A stretch of DNA of 64,000 bases, taken from IMG/VR virus record IMGVR_UViG_3300017593_000402, positions 1-64,000 of that record. The stretch is one strand, 5' to 3'. Positions 8,954-18,408 of this stretch are shown piece after piece. The notes below the pieces were generated by a model. That model searched no databases and had not been told where the DNA came from. It saw only the letters and a program-made list of their open reading frames with translations. Made by a program: the position numbers and the translations under genes. Source of the stretch: a virus. Every line of letters starts with the position of its first letter. The stretch's first letter is position 1.

Positions 8954-9727
8954 GTGATGTGGTTAATGTTGGACACACCTATACCTCACCTAGAGCTACT
9001 TACGCAGTTTGGGATTTCCCACCATTTAGTACTCTTCGACGTAATTACGCAAAGTAAGAAGTGTAAACGTTTTTATAAGAAAGTAGCTAAGAAAGGACAC
9101 TGGCTTACACTAGCTGGTGTGAGTGACTTCGATGATGTTTTACCTACCCTAAGGGAGTTAAAAGTTTCCGAGGTAGTTCTACCCTACGTTCCTAATGATA
9201 GGGAAGGGACTTTAAACGTCGTTTCTCAGTTTGTGAAAGAGGTTAGAAGTAACTCTCTGTTTGGGAATTTATCCCTTATGGGTGTACCTCAGGGAAAGAA
9301 TGCTACTGATTTTTTCCAGTGTTTAGTTTCTATGGCAGAGAATCCTTATATTAGTGTACTCGGTCTTAGTAAGACATCGGTAGTAACGGGTGTACTACCC
9401 ACTTATTCAGCGAGTTTGCGAGAGTTATTCGGGCGTTTTGCTGTTCTTGCGTTCCTTTGTGAGGAGTTTACCAACAGTAAGCCGGTACACATATTGGAGC
9501 TAGTTACTCCTGATGTAGAGATACCGTTTTATTTACGGCTCCCTTTTGTAAGAAGTTTTGACACTTCTTTCCCTTTTCGTCACTTCTCACCACCTGAACC
9601 TCAACAAGTGACTTCTAACGGTATTGTAGAGTGGTTAGATTACACTATCGAGCTAGAGAGTAAAGCACTTCGTCAGTGTTTAGTTTGGGTTGAGAAGTAC
9701 CTTTCACTTGAAGGGATTGAGGCGTAG
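8954..9727 (+). CDS. Second TGT/DpdA-like paralogue, probably non-catalytic
   Basis: Keeps GVPQG, KPVHIL and RSFDTS; LDNGAYE is replaced by LAGVSD and APDV by LPYV. Confidence 0.65.
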   Translation: MMWLMLDTPIPHLELLTQFGISHHLVLFDVITQSKKCKRFYKKVAKKGHWLTLAGVSDFDDVLPTLRELKVSEVVLPYVPNDREGTLNVVSQFVKEVRSNSLFGNLSLMGVPQGKNATDFFQCLVSMAENPYISVLGLSKTSVVTGVLPTYSASLRELFGRFAVLAFLCEEFTNSKPVHILELVTPDVEIPFYLRLPFVRSFDTSFPFRHFSPPEPQQVTSNGIVEWLDYTIELESKALRQCLVWVEKYLSLEGIEA

Positions 9728-9736
9728 GAGGGCCTC

Positions 9737-9952
9737 GTGAAGATAGTTGATGCTACGTGGACACCTTCCGCGAACTTGTTGTTGATTCGCTGCGGTTGCG
9801 GCAACGAATTTTGGCATCGGGCAGATCGCTGGCGTGTTAAGTGTCCCGCTTGTGGTTTTGTCTATCATTTAGCACCATTACGTTTAAGATGGAGAAGAGA
9901 GCATACTTTGCTCTCGAAGGAGGTTTCAGATGCGTATCGTTCATATGGCTGA
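9737..9952 (+). CDS. Zinc-ribbon protein
   Basis: CGCG...CPACG; AGGAGG RBS. Confidence 0.65.
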   Translation: MKIVDATWTPSANLLLIRCGCGNEFWHRADRWRVKCPACGFVYHLAPLRLRWRREHTLLSKEVSDAYRSYG

Positions 9953-10907
9953 TGCACACTTGGGGTTTAGTTCTTACGGTAAGTTTGATGGAAACAAGAA
10001 CATACGTGAGTACGACTTTTATCGAGCGTTTGTTACTGCTTGTGAGAAAGCCAGAGAGTTAAACCCTGATGTTGTAGTAATTGCTGGTGATTTGTTTCAC
10101 GTGAGAAGACCACCCGCGCAGGCTATAGCGGTAGCACAATCCGCTCTAGCTCTATTTGAGTGCCCTATAATTGTAGTAGCAGGAAATCACGACAACTCTA
10201 TTCATCGAGTCAGTTCACCCCTTGTTACGTTATCACTGTTACGAAACGTCGTGTTGTTTGAACAACCTTCACTTTATGAGGTTCGGGGATCTTACTTTTA
10301 CTGTGTTCCATATACGGAGTCTCCACCCAACTTCCTCGAGGCGGATTATCTTGTTGGGCATCTTCGAGACCGGCGTGTTCCTAAGTTCAAAGACTCTGCT
10401 ATCGAGGTCCCTGATAAATACAAAATCGCTATGTTAGGTGATCTTCACATGCCATTTGAAGTGTCCCAGAACACGTTTTATGCAGGAGCTTTGGAAAGGG
10501 TATCTTTTAATCAATTAGGAGTTCCCTGCGGGTTTACTTTTTATAGTGACGGAACTGCAAGGTCACGCACGTTTGTTGAGATTGAAACTCGTCCTTTCGT
10601 TGAACTAACGAAGCCCCCAGAAGATCTCGAGATGGTAAGAAATGCAGTTGTTAGATGCGTGATTCCTTCCTCTGCTTCTCTGGATTGGGTCAATCAGGTT
10701 AGAAAGGTCGCACTGCATGTTACAGTGCGAATCACTGATGAAGTTGATGTGAAGGATGACTTGGAACGTGATCTACCCATAGTAGGCTCTATTTTGGATT
10801 CGTTCCGTGAGTTTTGTCAGGCAAATAAAACTAAGTATTCACCAGCTGCTATTAAGTTAGCAATAGAGACTTTAGAGGAAAAATCATTAGGAGGGAAGTC
10901 GTCTTGA
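9930..10907 (+). CDS. sbcD: Mre11/SbcD-like metallophosphoesterase nuclease
   Basis: ADAHLG, AGDLFH, GNHD, LGDLH, YAGALERVSF. Confidence 0.88.
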   Translation: MRIVHMADAHLGFSSYGKFDGNKNIREYDFYRAFVTACEKARELNPDVVVIAGDLFHVRRPPAQAIAVAQSALALFECPIIVVAGNHDNSIHRVSSPLVTLSLLRNVVLFEQPSLYEVRGSYFYCVPYTESPPNFLEADYLVGHLRDRRVPKFKDSAIEVPDKYKIAMLGDLHMPFEVSQNTFYAGALERVSFNQLGVPCGFTFYSDGTARSRTFVEIETRPFVELTKPPEDLEMVRNAVVRCVIPSSASLDWVNQVRKVALHVTVRITDEVDVKDDLERDLPIVGSILDSFREFCQANKTKYSPAAIKLAIETLEEKSLGGKSS

Positions 10908-12304
10908 AGATATCAAATGTACGATTAGTGAATTTTAACTGTTATGAGGACTCTGAATTTACGTTCACTTCTGGCTTAAACGTTGTGGTGCTTCCTAATG
11001 GCGGTGGTAAGTCTTCATTGATTGAAGGGATTAGTTTTGCTATCTACGGGTCCAGAGTCCTTGACGAAAGTACAGAGTCTTATATTAGAGAGGGCTCAGT
11101 TGGAGCTTCTCTTGTTAAGTTAGAAGGAGAATTTCGAGGTGTTCCTTTCTCCTTGACACGTCACTTGAAACCTTCCCGTGTCAATTTTAAGTACGGCGAT
11201 GTTCAGATCAAGAAGTTAAACGAGCTTTCTGGTTTTTGGAGGGATAAGCTTGTTCCCGCGGCGCTTTTTAAGGCGACGATTTGTTGCAATCAGCGTGAGG
11301 CAGCACTACTTGCTCAAGCTAAACCTCCATTGCGAAGGAAGATGATTTCCGAGCTACTTCGCCTCGATGTAGTAACGGAGGCGATTAATTCGTTAACTTC
11401 TCCCGGAGTTCGTAGCGTATCTACTGTTTCTGAGGAACAGATTACTTCTCTTCAGAAGGAGTTAGATGAACTAGCGGCTGTTGACGTTTCCCGCGAGAAT
11501 TTTCATCGCGAACAATTGTACCTCTTAGAGCAAGAAGCTCGGGAGAAGCCGGATGTTGTAAGTGAACGGCAGAAGCTCACTCAGAGAATGACTACTTTGT
11601 CTTATTTGGTCGAGTTACTTACTAAAGTTAGTAACGTGCAGAGTACTAGTTGCCCCGTGTGTGGCTCTACTCAATTTGATCGTAGCGTGGTTCAGGGTAG
11701 ACTTACTCAGGTCCAGGAGGAATTAGCCAACGTTCGTAGTCAACTCGCACAGTTACCTATGGCAGTAACGTTAACAGAGGAACAGCGTCGCCGAATTGAT
11801 CGAAGCCTTACTGTAGAAGATCACAAGACTATGTTAGCTTTAATCGAGCGGAAGAAGGCTTGCGAGACTTCTCTTGCTAGTCTACTCGAACTCCGTGAAC
11901 AGTTGTTAAGAAGTCAAACAGTGTTGCAAGCTCGCGCTGCTCTTCGAGACTTTTTGGACAGTGTGTCTGTTCCTTTATTAAACTCGGTTTCTACACTAGC
12001 GTCGAAGTTACTGACTGGCTCACCATTTAGAGAAGTTACTCTTACACCATCTTTCGATTTAGTGGTAGATGGACGCCCTTTTGGCAAGTTATCGGTGGGT
12101 CAACGTGATTTTGTTGCTACTGTATTCCGTGTTGCTGTTTCCTATATCACTTCCGCGCTTCATGGCGTAGAACAGTTCCCTTTACTCCTCGACTCCATTG
12201 GGGATTCTTTGGATGAGACCTTCTTTAGTCTGTTGATGTCTTTGTTGTCTTCTGAAGTGGTTAAACTGTTCCCTCAGGTAATTCTAACAACACATCATGC
12301 GTGA
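10904..12304 (+). CDS. sbcC: Rad50/SbcC-like ATPase
   Basis: Walker A PNGGGKSS, CPVCG zinc hook, LSVGQ signature, atypical Walker B LLLDS, terminal TH. Confidence 0.85.
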   Translation: MKISNVRLVNFNCYEDSEFTFTSGLNVVVLPNGGGKSSLIEGISFAIYGSRVLDESTESYIREGSVGASLVKLEGEFRGVPFSLTRHLKPSRVNFKYGDVQIKKLNELSGFWRDKLVPAALFKATICCNQREAALLAQAKPPLRRKMISELLRLDVVTEAINSLTSPGVRSVSTVSEEQITSLQKELDELAAVDVSRENFHREQLYLLEQEAREKPDVVSERQKLTQRMTTLSYLVELLTKVSNVQSTSCPVCGSTQFDRSVVQGRLTQVQEELANVRSQLAQLPMAVTLTEEQRRRIDRSLTVEDHKTMLALIERKKACETSLASLLELREQLLRSQTVLQARAALRDFLDSVSVPLLNSVSTLASKLLTGSPFREVTLTPSFDLVVDGRPFGKLSVGQRDFVATVFRVAVSYITSALHGVEQFPLLLDSIGDSLDETFFSLLMSLLSSEVVKLFPQVILTTHHA

Positions 12305-13296
12305 TGTTACAGCGAGGTGAATTTTATTTGCTAAATTACGGAGCTAGGAGAGCTTATCAGATTGAGAACCCCTCTATGTGTAGGGGGTTTTTCAGTTTTG
12401 TCGACTCGCGCTGTCTTAGTTGTCCTTTCCACGTTGAGTGCGAGTCAATCGCACTGACGGAATTTGGTTACGCTGGGCGTCCTGAAACTCTTTTAAAGGA
12501 GTACTTTTATGCTATGCCCTTCTTTTATAAGGTTTTGTTACCTGAGAAAGTCTCGTACTTTTACCCTTATCTAGTTCCGAAACATCTTCCTTTTAAAATG
12601 CAACGTATAATAAGGCGACAGTTACGCGTTGTTTATAAGATGTACTTGTATCAAGATGTCCTGCGTTATTGGCGCGTCTTTGCTCTTAAAGAGGAAAATA
12701 TGATTAACTATTATTCTAAGTTACCCCAAGTCGTTCCTTACTTTGAATGGTTTTCGGACGATCAGGTTAAACGTATTTCGCTCACGTTGCGCTCTCTGAT
12801 CTCTCGAACGGGTAAGAATACCCCTTTCTGTGTCATTACTATTGAATCGTCTGGCTGGTTGTGTTACAACATTAAGGCTTTGATGGCGTTTAAGTATGCG
12901 CCAGATGCTTTTTATTGGATCGACCTTGCGGACCCCGAGAGCGAAGAGATCCGACAAGCTATGTCTTCTGTAGTTTCGGATGACTTAAGTAGGAACCAGA
13001 TCGAGTTCCCTTTATTGAAGATCTCGTGCGCTGTTGTTTGGTTAGTTTCACGACATTCATTTCTTCGTGTGCTGGCTTGGATTAAGCGGAATGAGAACTT
13101 TGTGAAGTACGTAGTTGTTTTGTTCAACGATTTTCGTTATTTTAAACTATTACAGTGTGTTATGTTCCCATTGATGTTTTCAGCTAGTACTAGTCAGAGT
13201 CACTATTCTTACATGGCCCTTTTCAAGGTGGTTAGGAAAGGAAAGTCGTTAGAGATACGAGGAGATGCACTAAAGGAGGTTTTTAATGAAAGTTAG
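12301..13296 (+). CDS. Hypothetical protein
   Basis: 331-aa ORF translationally coupled on both sides; N-terminal Cys cluster. Confidence 0.7.
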   Translation: MMLQRGEFYLLNYGARRAYQIENPSMCRGFFSFVDSRCLSCPFHVECESIALTEFGYAGRPETLLKEYFYAMPFFYKVLLPEKVSYFYPYLVPKHLPFKMQRIIRRQLRVVYKMYLYQDVLRYWRVFALKEENMINYYSKLPQVVPYFEWFSDDQVKRISLTLRSLISRTGKNTPFCVITIESSGWLCYNIKALMAFKYAPDAFYWIDLADPESEEIRQAMSSVVSDDLSRNQIEFPLLKISCAVVWLVSRHSFLRVLAWIKRNENFVKYVVVLFNDFRYFKLLQCVMFPLMFSASTSQSHYSYMALFKVVRKGKSLEIRGDALKEVFNES

Positions 13297-14626
13297 AGTT
13301 AAGGGCCCGCTTGCTGAGGTAATAGAAGCTTCTGAAGTTGAGAAGGACTTAGTTAAGAGCGCACTTTCATTTCCTGTTTCTTCAATGAGGATTAAGTATG
13401 AACCTCATAAGGGACGGCACGTTTCGTGGTCCTCCGATAAGAAGGAGTATTTCTTTGAGAATCGTTATTTCCCGTCTCCCTTTCTGAGTTTGTTCCCTTC
13501 TTCCATCAAGTTGGAAGTTGAAGATGATACTACTGAATGTACTCCTCTCTCTTTAGATGACCTTCCTTACGAGCTTAAACCATTTCAGCGAACTGCGCTA
13601 GATAACATTCTTTCCAAGCGATCAGCTCTTGTAGTGGGCCCTACATCGATTGGTAAGACTTACTTGATCGGAGCCCTTGTTTATGCTTTCCGCAATTCTA
13701 AAGTCTTGATCCTTGTCCATAACAAGGGCCTCGCTAAACAGAATTATGAACGACTACGGGACTGGATGCCTCAACTAGAGTTCGGGCGCGTTTTTGGAGG
13801 ACGAAAAGAGTTCGATAGTCAGATAGTAGTTGCTACATTTCAGAGCTTACGTTCTCTTCCTTTTAAGGCTGATGTGGTACTAGTAGATGAGTGTGTCCAT
13901 GCGCTAGCACCTAGTTATATTCAGACTCTGATGCATACAGAAGCGCCTCGTTGGTATGGATTTACAGCGACTCCTTCTGGTCGGAGCGATCGACTTGATG
14001 AGAAATTGAGAGTTCTCTTTGGGGACCGGGTTGATGTGGCAGATCTTTCTGTGGGTTTGAAGGAGAAGTTGTTGTGCCCTGTTGATTTTTACGTTCTAAA
14101 GTATTCAAACAAGCGTTATCCCGTACCTGGTTGGCGCTTACAAGACAGTAATTGGATCTATCAGCAGTTCGTAGCTTTAGATCAGGATCGTAACGCTTTG
14201 ATTAAATTACTGTGTGATTTAGAGCTCCAACGTACACAGAAAGTAGTTTTGGTCTTAGTTCATCGAATGAACCATTTAGAGCAGTTAAAGAGTTTGATAC
14301 CTGGGAGTTTGACTGTGAGTTATAAGTCCAGGTTGGAAGAAAGGGAGGCAGCTAGGAAGTTAGAAAGAGGTGTTTTGGTTGCCACTCGTGTTATTGAGGA
14401 AGGCGTTGATAATCACTCGATTTATTCGATAATAAATGCGGCATGTGTGAGATCTCAGATTGCTATAATTCAACGAATTGGACGTGGTCTTCGATTTGAA
14501 GAGGGTAAACGACTAGCTTTTTTTGATATATGGGACCAGTTCCCTCCTGTTCTCCGATCACAAGGTAATTTCAGAATTGCTTTGTATAAAAGGTTTGGAG
14601 ATGTTCACGTACTTGACCCAGCTTGA
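13286..14626 (+). CDS. Superfamily 2 helicase (UvsW/XPB-like)
   Basis: GPTSIGKT, VDECVH, FTATP, EGVD, QRIGRGLR. Confidence 0.9.
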   Translation: MKVRVKGPLAEVIEASEVEKDLVKSALSFPVSSMRIKYEPHKGRHVSWSSDKKEYFFENRYFPSPFLSLFPSSIKLEVEDDTTECTPLSLDDLPYELKPFQRTALDNILSKRSALVVGPTSIGKTYLIGALVYAFRNSKVLILVHNKGLAKQNYERLRDWMPQLEFGRVFGGRKEFDSQIVVATFQSLRSLPFKADVVLVDECVHALAPSYIQTLMHTEAPRWYGFTATPSGRSDRLDEKLRVLFGDRVDVADLSVGLKEKLLCPVDFYVLKYSNKRYPVPGWRLQDSNWIYQQFVALDQDRNALIKLLCDLELQRTQKVVLVLVHRMNHLEQLKSLIPGSLTVSYKSRLEEREAARKLERGVLVATRVIEEGVDNHSIYSIINAACVRSQIAIIQRIGRGLRFEEGKRLAFFDIWDQFPPVLRSQGNFRIALYKRFGDVHVLDPA

Positions 14627-14897
14627 GCTCCAGGACCTAGCTGCAGACCTAGTTTTTGTATTGAGAAGAGTTTATCCCCGCTTTGGTATAGAGTTATTTG
14701 ACAACCTTAAGTCTGTTAAGCAGTTAATGCGGTTGAATAATTATTTGAAAGAGTATGGTATACGACAGTTGGCCCCTCGTTATTTCGAGGAGATAATTCG
14801 AGAGACTTCCTTCAGTGACTGGAGGTTGATTTTGCAGTACGCTTCTCGTAAAAGTTCCGTTGTTGGGTTCTTCCGACGTGTTATGGAGGTAGTATGA
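14601..14897 (+). CDS. Hypothetical protein
   Basis: ATG 14601; stop overlaps the dnaB start (ATGA). Confidence 0.55.
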   Translation: MFTYLTQLELQDLAADLVFVLRRVYPRFGIELFDNLKSVKQLMRLNNYLKEYGIRQLAPRYFEEIIRETSFSDWRLILQYASRKSSVVGFFRRVMEVV

Positions 14898-16276
14898 AGG
14901 AAGTTTGGGTCCTTGTTTATTTCGTTACGGTACGAGATGTTGAGCTGCTCCTGATGGTTGAGGAACAAGATTTTGTTCAGCCGGTTTACCAATTCCTTTT
15001 CCGAGCGATCCGAGATTTGATTCTTCAGTATAAGACCCTACCACACCCTGAAGTGGTCTTGAACGCCTTTAAGGAGATATCTCAGCAGAAGTTAACCCCA
15101 GAAGAGTTGCAGCTGGCTTCTGAGTTTTTTACTGAGTGGTCTGAGTGTACTTGGCAAGAAGGAGATAGGAAGTACATTGCTGAAGAAATTCTTAAGTGGG
15201 TTAAATTCAGACGTGCTCAAAGGTATCTGCAAAAAGCTTCCCAGTTACTCACAAAGGGTAAAGTTGATCAACTTCCCTCTCTATTTAAGAATCTGGCAAT
15301 CTTAGAGAAGTCTACTGGCGTGCTTGATTTGAGTGACGACATTTCAAAGAGGATCGAGCACTGGCAATCACTTCGTCAACGTTTGGGAGTTCCTACTCCT
15401 TTTGAACTTGGGACTTTTCGGTTTGTCTTGCCTGGAGAGGTTGCTCTTATCATTGCGCCACCTAAAGTGGGAAAGTCTTATTTATTGAACTGGATCGGAG
15501 CGCATGCACTTGTGGTAGGGAAGGTTAAGGTTATTCATTTTACTTTAGAAATGCCCGCTATTGAGGTCGCTATGCGGTACGACCTTACCTTAGTGAATCA
15601 GTTTGGGCAGTCCCCGCTCCGGATTTCCGAGGAGAATTACGCGAAGAATGCTACTTTAATAGAACGCTATCTAAAGTATTTTTTACGACCTCCAGCAGCT
15701 CTTAAGTTAGTAGATATTCCTTCTAAGAGAGCCTCGTTCTCAGCGATTGAGGCGAAGTATGATCAGTTGTGTGATGTAATTGGTGACTCTTTTGATTTAG
15801 TTCTGATTGATTATGCGAATTTGATTAAATCTGAGAACATCTCAGATCGTTCAAGGTTGTATGCAGTAGGGACGGATGTATTTGAATGGTTACACGATTT
15901 TGCTAAAGAGAAAAATGTTGCTTTGTGGACAATTGCGCGAACTACTAGAGAAGCTATGAAGATGCAGGAAGCAAATCGGTTAAAGAGCGGACTTAAAGAG
16001 AGAATTAAGGGTTCACAGATTGGACATAGTTATGCGATTATTTATGATTGTGATCACGTTATTACTATGTCTGACCTAACTCAGTTTACCGAGTCGGCAG
16101 TTCTTGCCAGTCGGATTTTTGATATCTCTCTTGACTATTCAAGAAGGTGCTCATCCTATTACGGATGCCAGGTCGAGCTTCATTATCCTACGGCTACTTT
16201 TTACTGTCCCCCTATTACTAAAATTGATAAGGCTAAGATACCCCGGTCCTTTCCGGAGAGTAGAAATGACTACTGA
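14894..16276 (+). CDS. dnaB: DnaB-like replicative helicase
   Basis: APPKVGKS, FTLEM, LIDYANLI, DCDHVI; next to the primase. Confidence 0.85.
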   Translation: MKEVWVLVYFVTVRDVELLLMVEEQDFVQPVYQFLFRAIRDLILQYKTLPHPEVVLNAFKEISQQKLTPEELQLASEFFTEWSECTWQEGDRKYIAEEILKWVKFRRAQRYLQKASQLLTKGKVDQLPSLFKNLAILEKSTGVLDLSDDISKRIEHWQSLRQRLGVPTPFELGTFRFVLPGEVALIIAPPKVGKSYLLNWIGAHALVVGKVKVIHFTLEMPAIEVAMRYDLTLVNQFGQSPLRISEENYAKNATLIERYLKYFLRPPAALKLVDIPSKRASFSAIEAKYDQLCDVIGDSFDLVLIDYANLIKSENISDRSRLYAVGTDVFEWLHDFAKEKNVALWTIARTTREAMKMQEANRLKSGLKERIKGSQIGHSYAIIYDCDHVITMSDLTQFTESAVLASRIFDISLDYSRRCSSYYGCQVELHYPTATFYCPPITKIDKAKIPRSFPESRNDY

Positions 16277-17087
16277 ATGGGAACGATACTATTGCCCTTT
16301 TTGCCATTATAGAGGAAAGTCTCCTGATGTAAAAGGGAAGTTGTATGTAAATTGGGCAGCTAAACGCTATCTTTGTTTTCGATGTGGTAGTAAAGGTCGT
16401 TCATCTGAGTTGGACCGAAAGTCTTTAGTTCCTTACCGAGGATTTCTGAGTTCGGGACACACTGACTCTTCTTCAACTTGGGATCCTCGTAGGTTTGTTG
16501 AGTATAGTTTGACAGAGGTTCGAGATCAATTCCCCGAAGTTTATCGTCTTCTTGAGAGGAAACACGCACTCGATCGTTTTCAGAAGGTGAACTTAGTTTT
16601 CTTTACTCAGGGTTATGGTTTAGTGATTCCTATAGATCAGGATAATTTTCAGATTCGCCTGTTTTCTAGTGCACCTGACGCACCGAAGTATTTGACTAAG
16701 AAGGGATTCCGTAAGAACGGGGTTTTGCTAGGTGCTGATAAGCTAGTTGGAGACTTTGCGATTTTTGTTGAAGGTATTTTTGATTATTATCGTTTGGAAG
16801 GTTTGGCCGTTTGTGTTTTTGGACACTTTATTTCTTCGTCTGTAACTAACCAACTCTTAGCAAAGGGGGTTAGGAAGTTCCTTGTATTTTGGGATGATGA
16901 TTCGTGGGAAGAATCAGTGAGAGCAGCTGTAGAACTCTATCAGACCTACTTAGTGAAGACTTACGCCGTTTTCTGTTTAGACGGATCTCCTTCAGATACT
17001 TCTCAACTGTGGGACTCCCCGTGTTTGGAGGTGACCTCGGGTTCTTTTATGAGTTTAAGAGAATTTGTGTATAAGGAGGTAGCATGA
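16266..17087 (+). CDS. DNA primase (zinc finger + TOPRIM)
   Basis: CPFC...CFRCG; VEGIFD; WDDD; ATG 16266 preferred over the track start. Confidence 0.85.
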   Translation: MTTEWERYYCPFCHYRGKSPDVKGKLYVNWAAKRYLCFRCGSKGRSSELDRKSLVPYRGFLSSGHTDSSSTWDPRRFVEYSLTEVRDQFPEVYRLLERKHALDRFQKVNLVFFTQGYGLVIPIDQDNFQIRLFSSAPDAPKYLTKKGFRKNGVLLGADKLVGDFAIFVEGIFDYYRLEGLAVCVFGHFISSSVTNQLLAKGVRKFLVFWDDDSWEESVRAAVELYQTYLVKTYAVFCLDGSPSDTSQLWDSPCLEVTSGSFMSLREFVYKEVA

Positions 17088-17908
17088 GCGTTCCTGATGT
17101 ACAATCACGAAGTGAAGGATTTCCTAAAGTTTACTTACCTTGGGTAGGAGTCGAGGGTATCCGGTACCCTGTTTACGTTTACTACCCTCTTACTGAAATA
17201 TTTATGCAAACACTTGGAAGTTTTAATGTGTATTGTTCTTTAAACCCGGAAGTGAAAGGCGTTCATATGTCGCGTTTTTACGAGGTAATTCAGGACGTCT
17301 TTTCTGAGAAGAAGTTGTTAACCCAAAACGTTTCCGACACGTTAGGTGCAGTTACAGGTCGATTAGAGAACGAGAATGCACGAGTAGAGGTATCTTTTAC
17401 TTATTTAGTTTCTACTACTGCTCCTGTGAGTGAGATCGATCAGTTTCTACCCGTTGAAGTTAAAGTTACAGGTATTAGGATGAAAGGGTACCCTGATTAT
17501 ATACTGATAAGTGTTGACGTTCCTTACACGTCATTATGTCCTTGTAGTAAGGAAATTTCTCAGTTTGGAGCGCATAATCAGCGATCAGTTGCCTCTGTCA
17601 CAGTTACCACTCCCCCCAACAACGAGGTCCTGTTTGAAGATTTAGTGGGTGTGGTCGAAAATGGCGCTAGCGCGCCAATCAGGGAATGCTTGAAGCGGGT
17701 TGATGAGAAATACGTAACAGAGCGTGCTTATTTGAACCCTGTTTTTGTAGAGGATATGGTTCGGTTGATTGGTCTTGAACTCGAAAAGCGTGCGCTCCCT
17801 TACCTGATTAAAGTTACTCATTTCGAGAGTATTCATGCACACAACGCTGTCGCGTTTGCTTGGTCATCGGATTTTAATTTTGCGCTGTTTAACTATTTAG
17901 GTAACTGA
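17084..17908 (+). CDS. folE2: GTP cyclohydrolase IB
   Basis: KGVHMSRF, TSLCPCSKEIS, GAHNQRS, LKRVDE, FVEDMVR, ESIHAHNA. Confidence 0.93.
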   Translation: MSVPDVQSRSEGFPKVYLPWVGVEGIRYPVYVYYPLTEIFMQTLGSFNVYCSLNPEVKGVHMSRFYEVIQDVFSEKKLLTQNVSDTLGAVTGRLENENARVEVSFTYLVSTTAPVSEIDQFLPVEVKVTGIRMKGYPDYILISVDVPYTSLCPCSKEISQFGAHNQRSVASVTVTTPPNNEVLFEDLVGVVENGASAPIRECLKRVDEKYVTERAYLNPVFVEDMVRLIGLELEKRALPYLIKVTHFESIHAHNAVAFAWSSDFNFALFNYLGN

Positions 17909-17922
17909 AAGGAGGTTAGGTA

Positions 17923-18381
17923 ATGTTGTTTCCAGAGGATATTTTGATTGAGGCCCTTGATAAGATTTACGTCCCTCGTAGAGGTGAGCAGTTCTCCGCC
18001 GGCTACGATTTGGTTACTCACACGGTATCCCCTTCGCTTGGTGATTCCCCCGGAGATTACTTAATCCCTAGTCAAGCAACAGTTAAGTTGCACTGCGGCT
18101 TTCGCATGGCTTTACCAAGAAACTACTTTGCCTTAATTGTACCAAGGTCTTCCTGGCGACGACAGGGTTTACTGTGTTTATCTGTTTACGATCCTGGTTA
18201 CCTCGACTTTGTTGAGCCTTTTGTGACTAACCTTTCTGACAGTGCTTTAGTAGTACACACTGGTGAGCGAGTCCTCCAAATGCTGATCCTACCACTAGAG
18301 CGTTTGGAGTTAGTGACAGTCGATGCGTTGCCCGCTTCTTTACACAATCGGGGCGGTGGCGCTGGTTCTACTGGCAAATAA
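17923..18381 (+). CDS. dut: Trimeric dUTPase
   Basis: SAGYDL, PRSS, DPGY, GERVLQ, RGGGAGSTG. Confidence 0.9.
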   Translation: MLFPEDILIEALDKIYVPRRGEQFSAGYDLVTHTVSPSLGDSPGDYLIPSQATVKLHCGFRMALPRNYFALIVPRSSWRRQGLLCLSVYDPGYLDFVEPFVTNLSDSALVVHTGERVLQMLILPLERLELVTVDALPASLHNRGGGAGSTGK

Positions 18382-18408
18382 TTAACCGTAACTGAGGAGG
18401 TTATTGAG

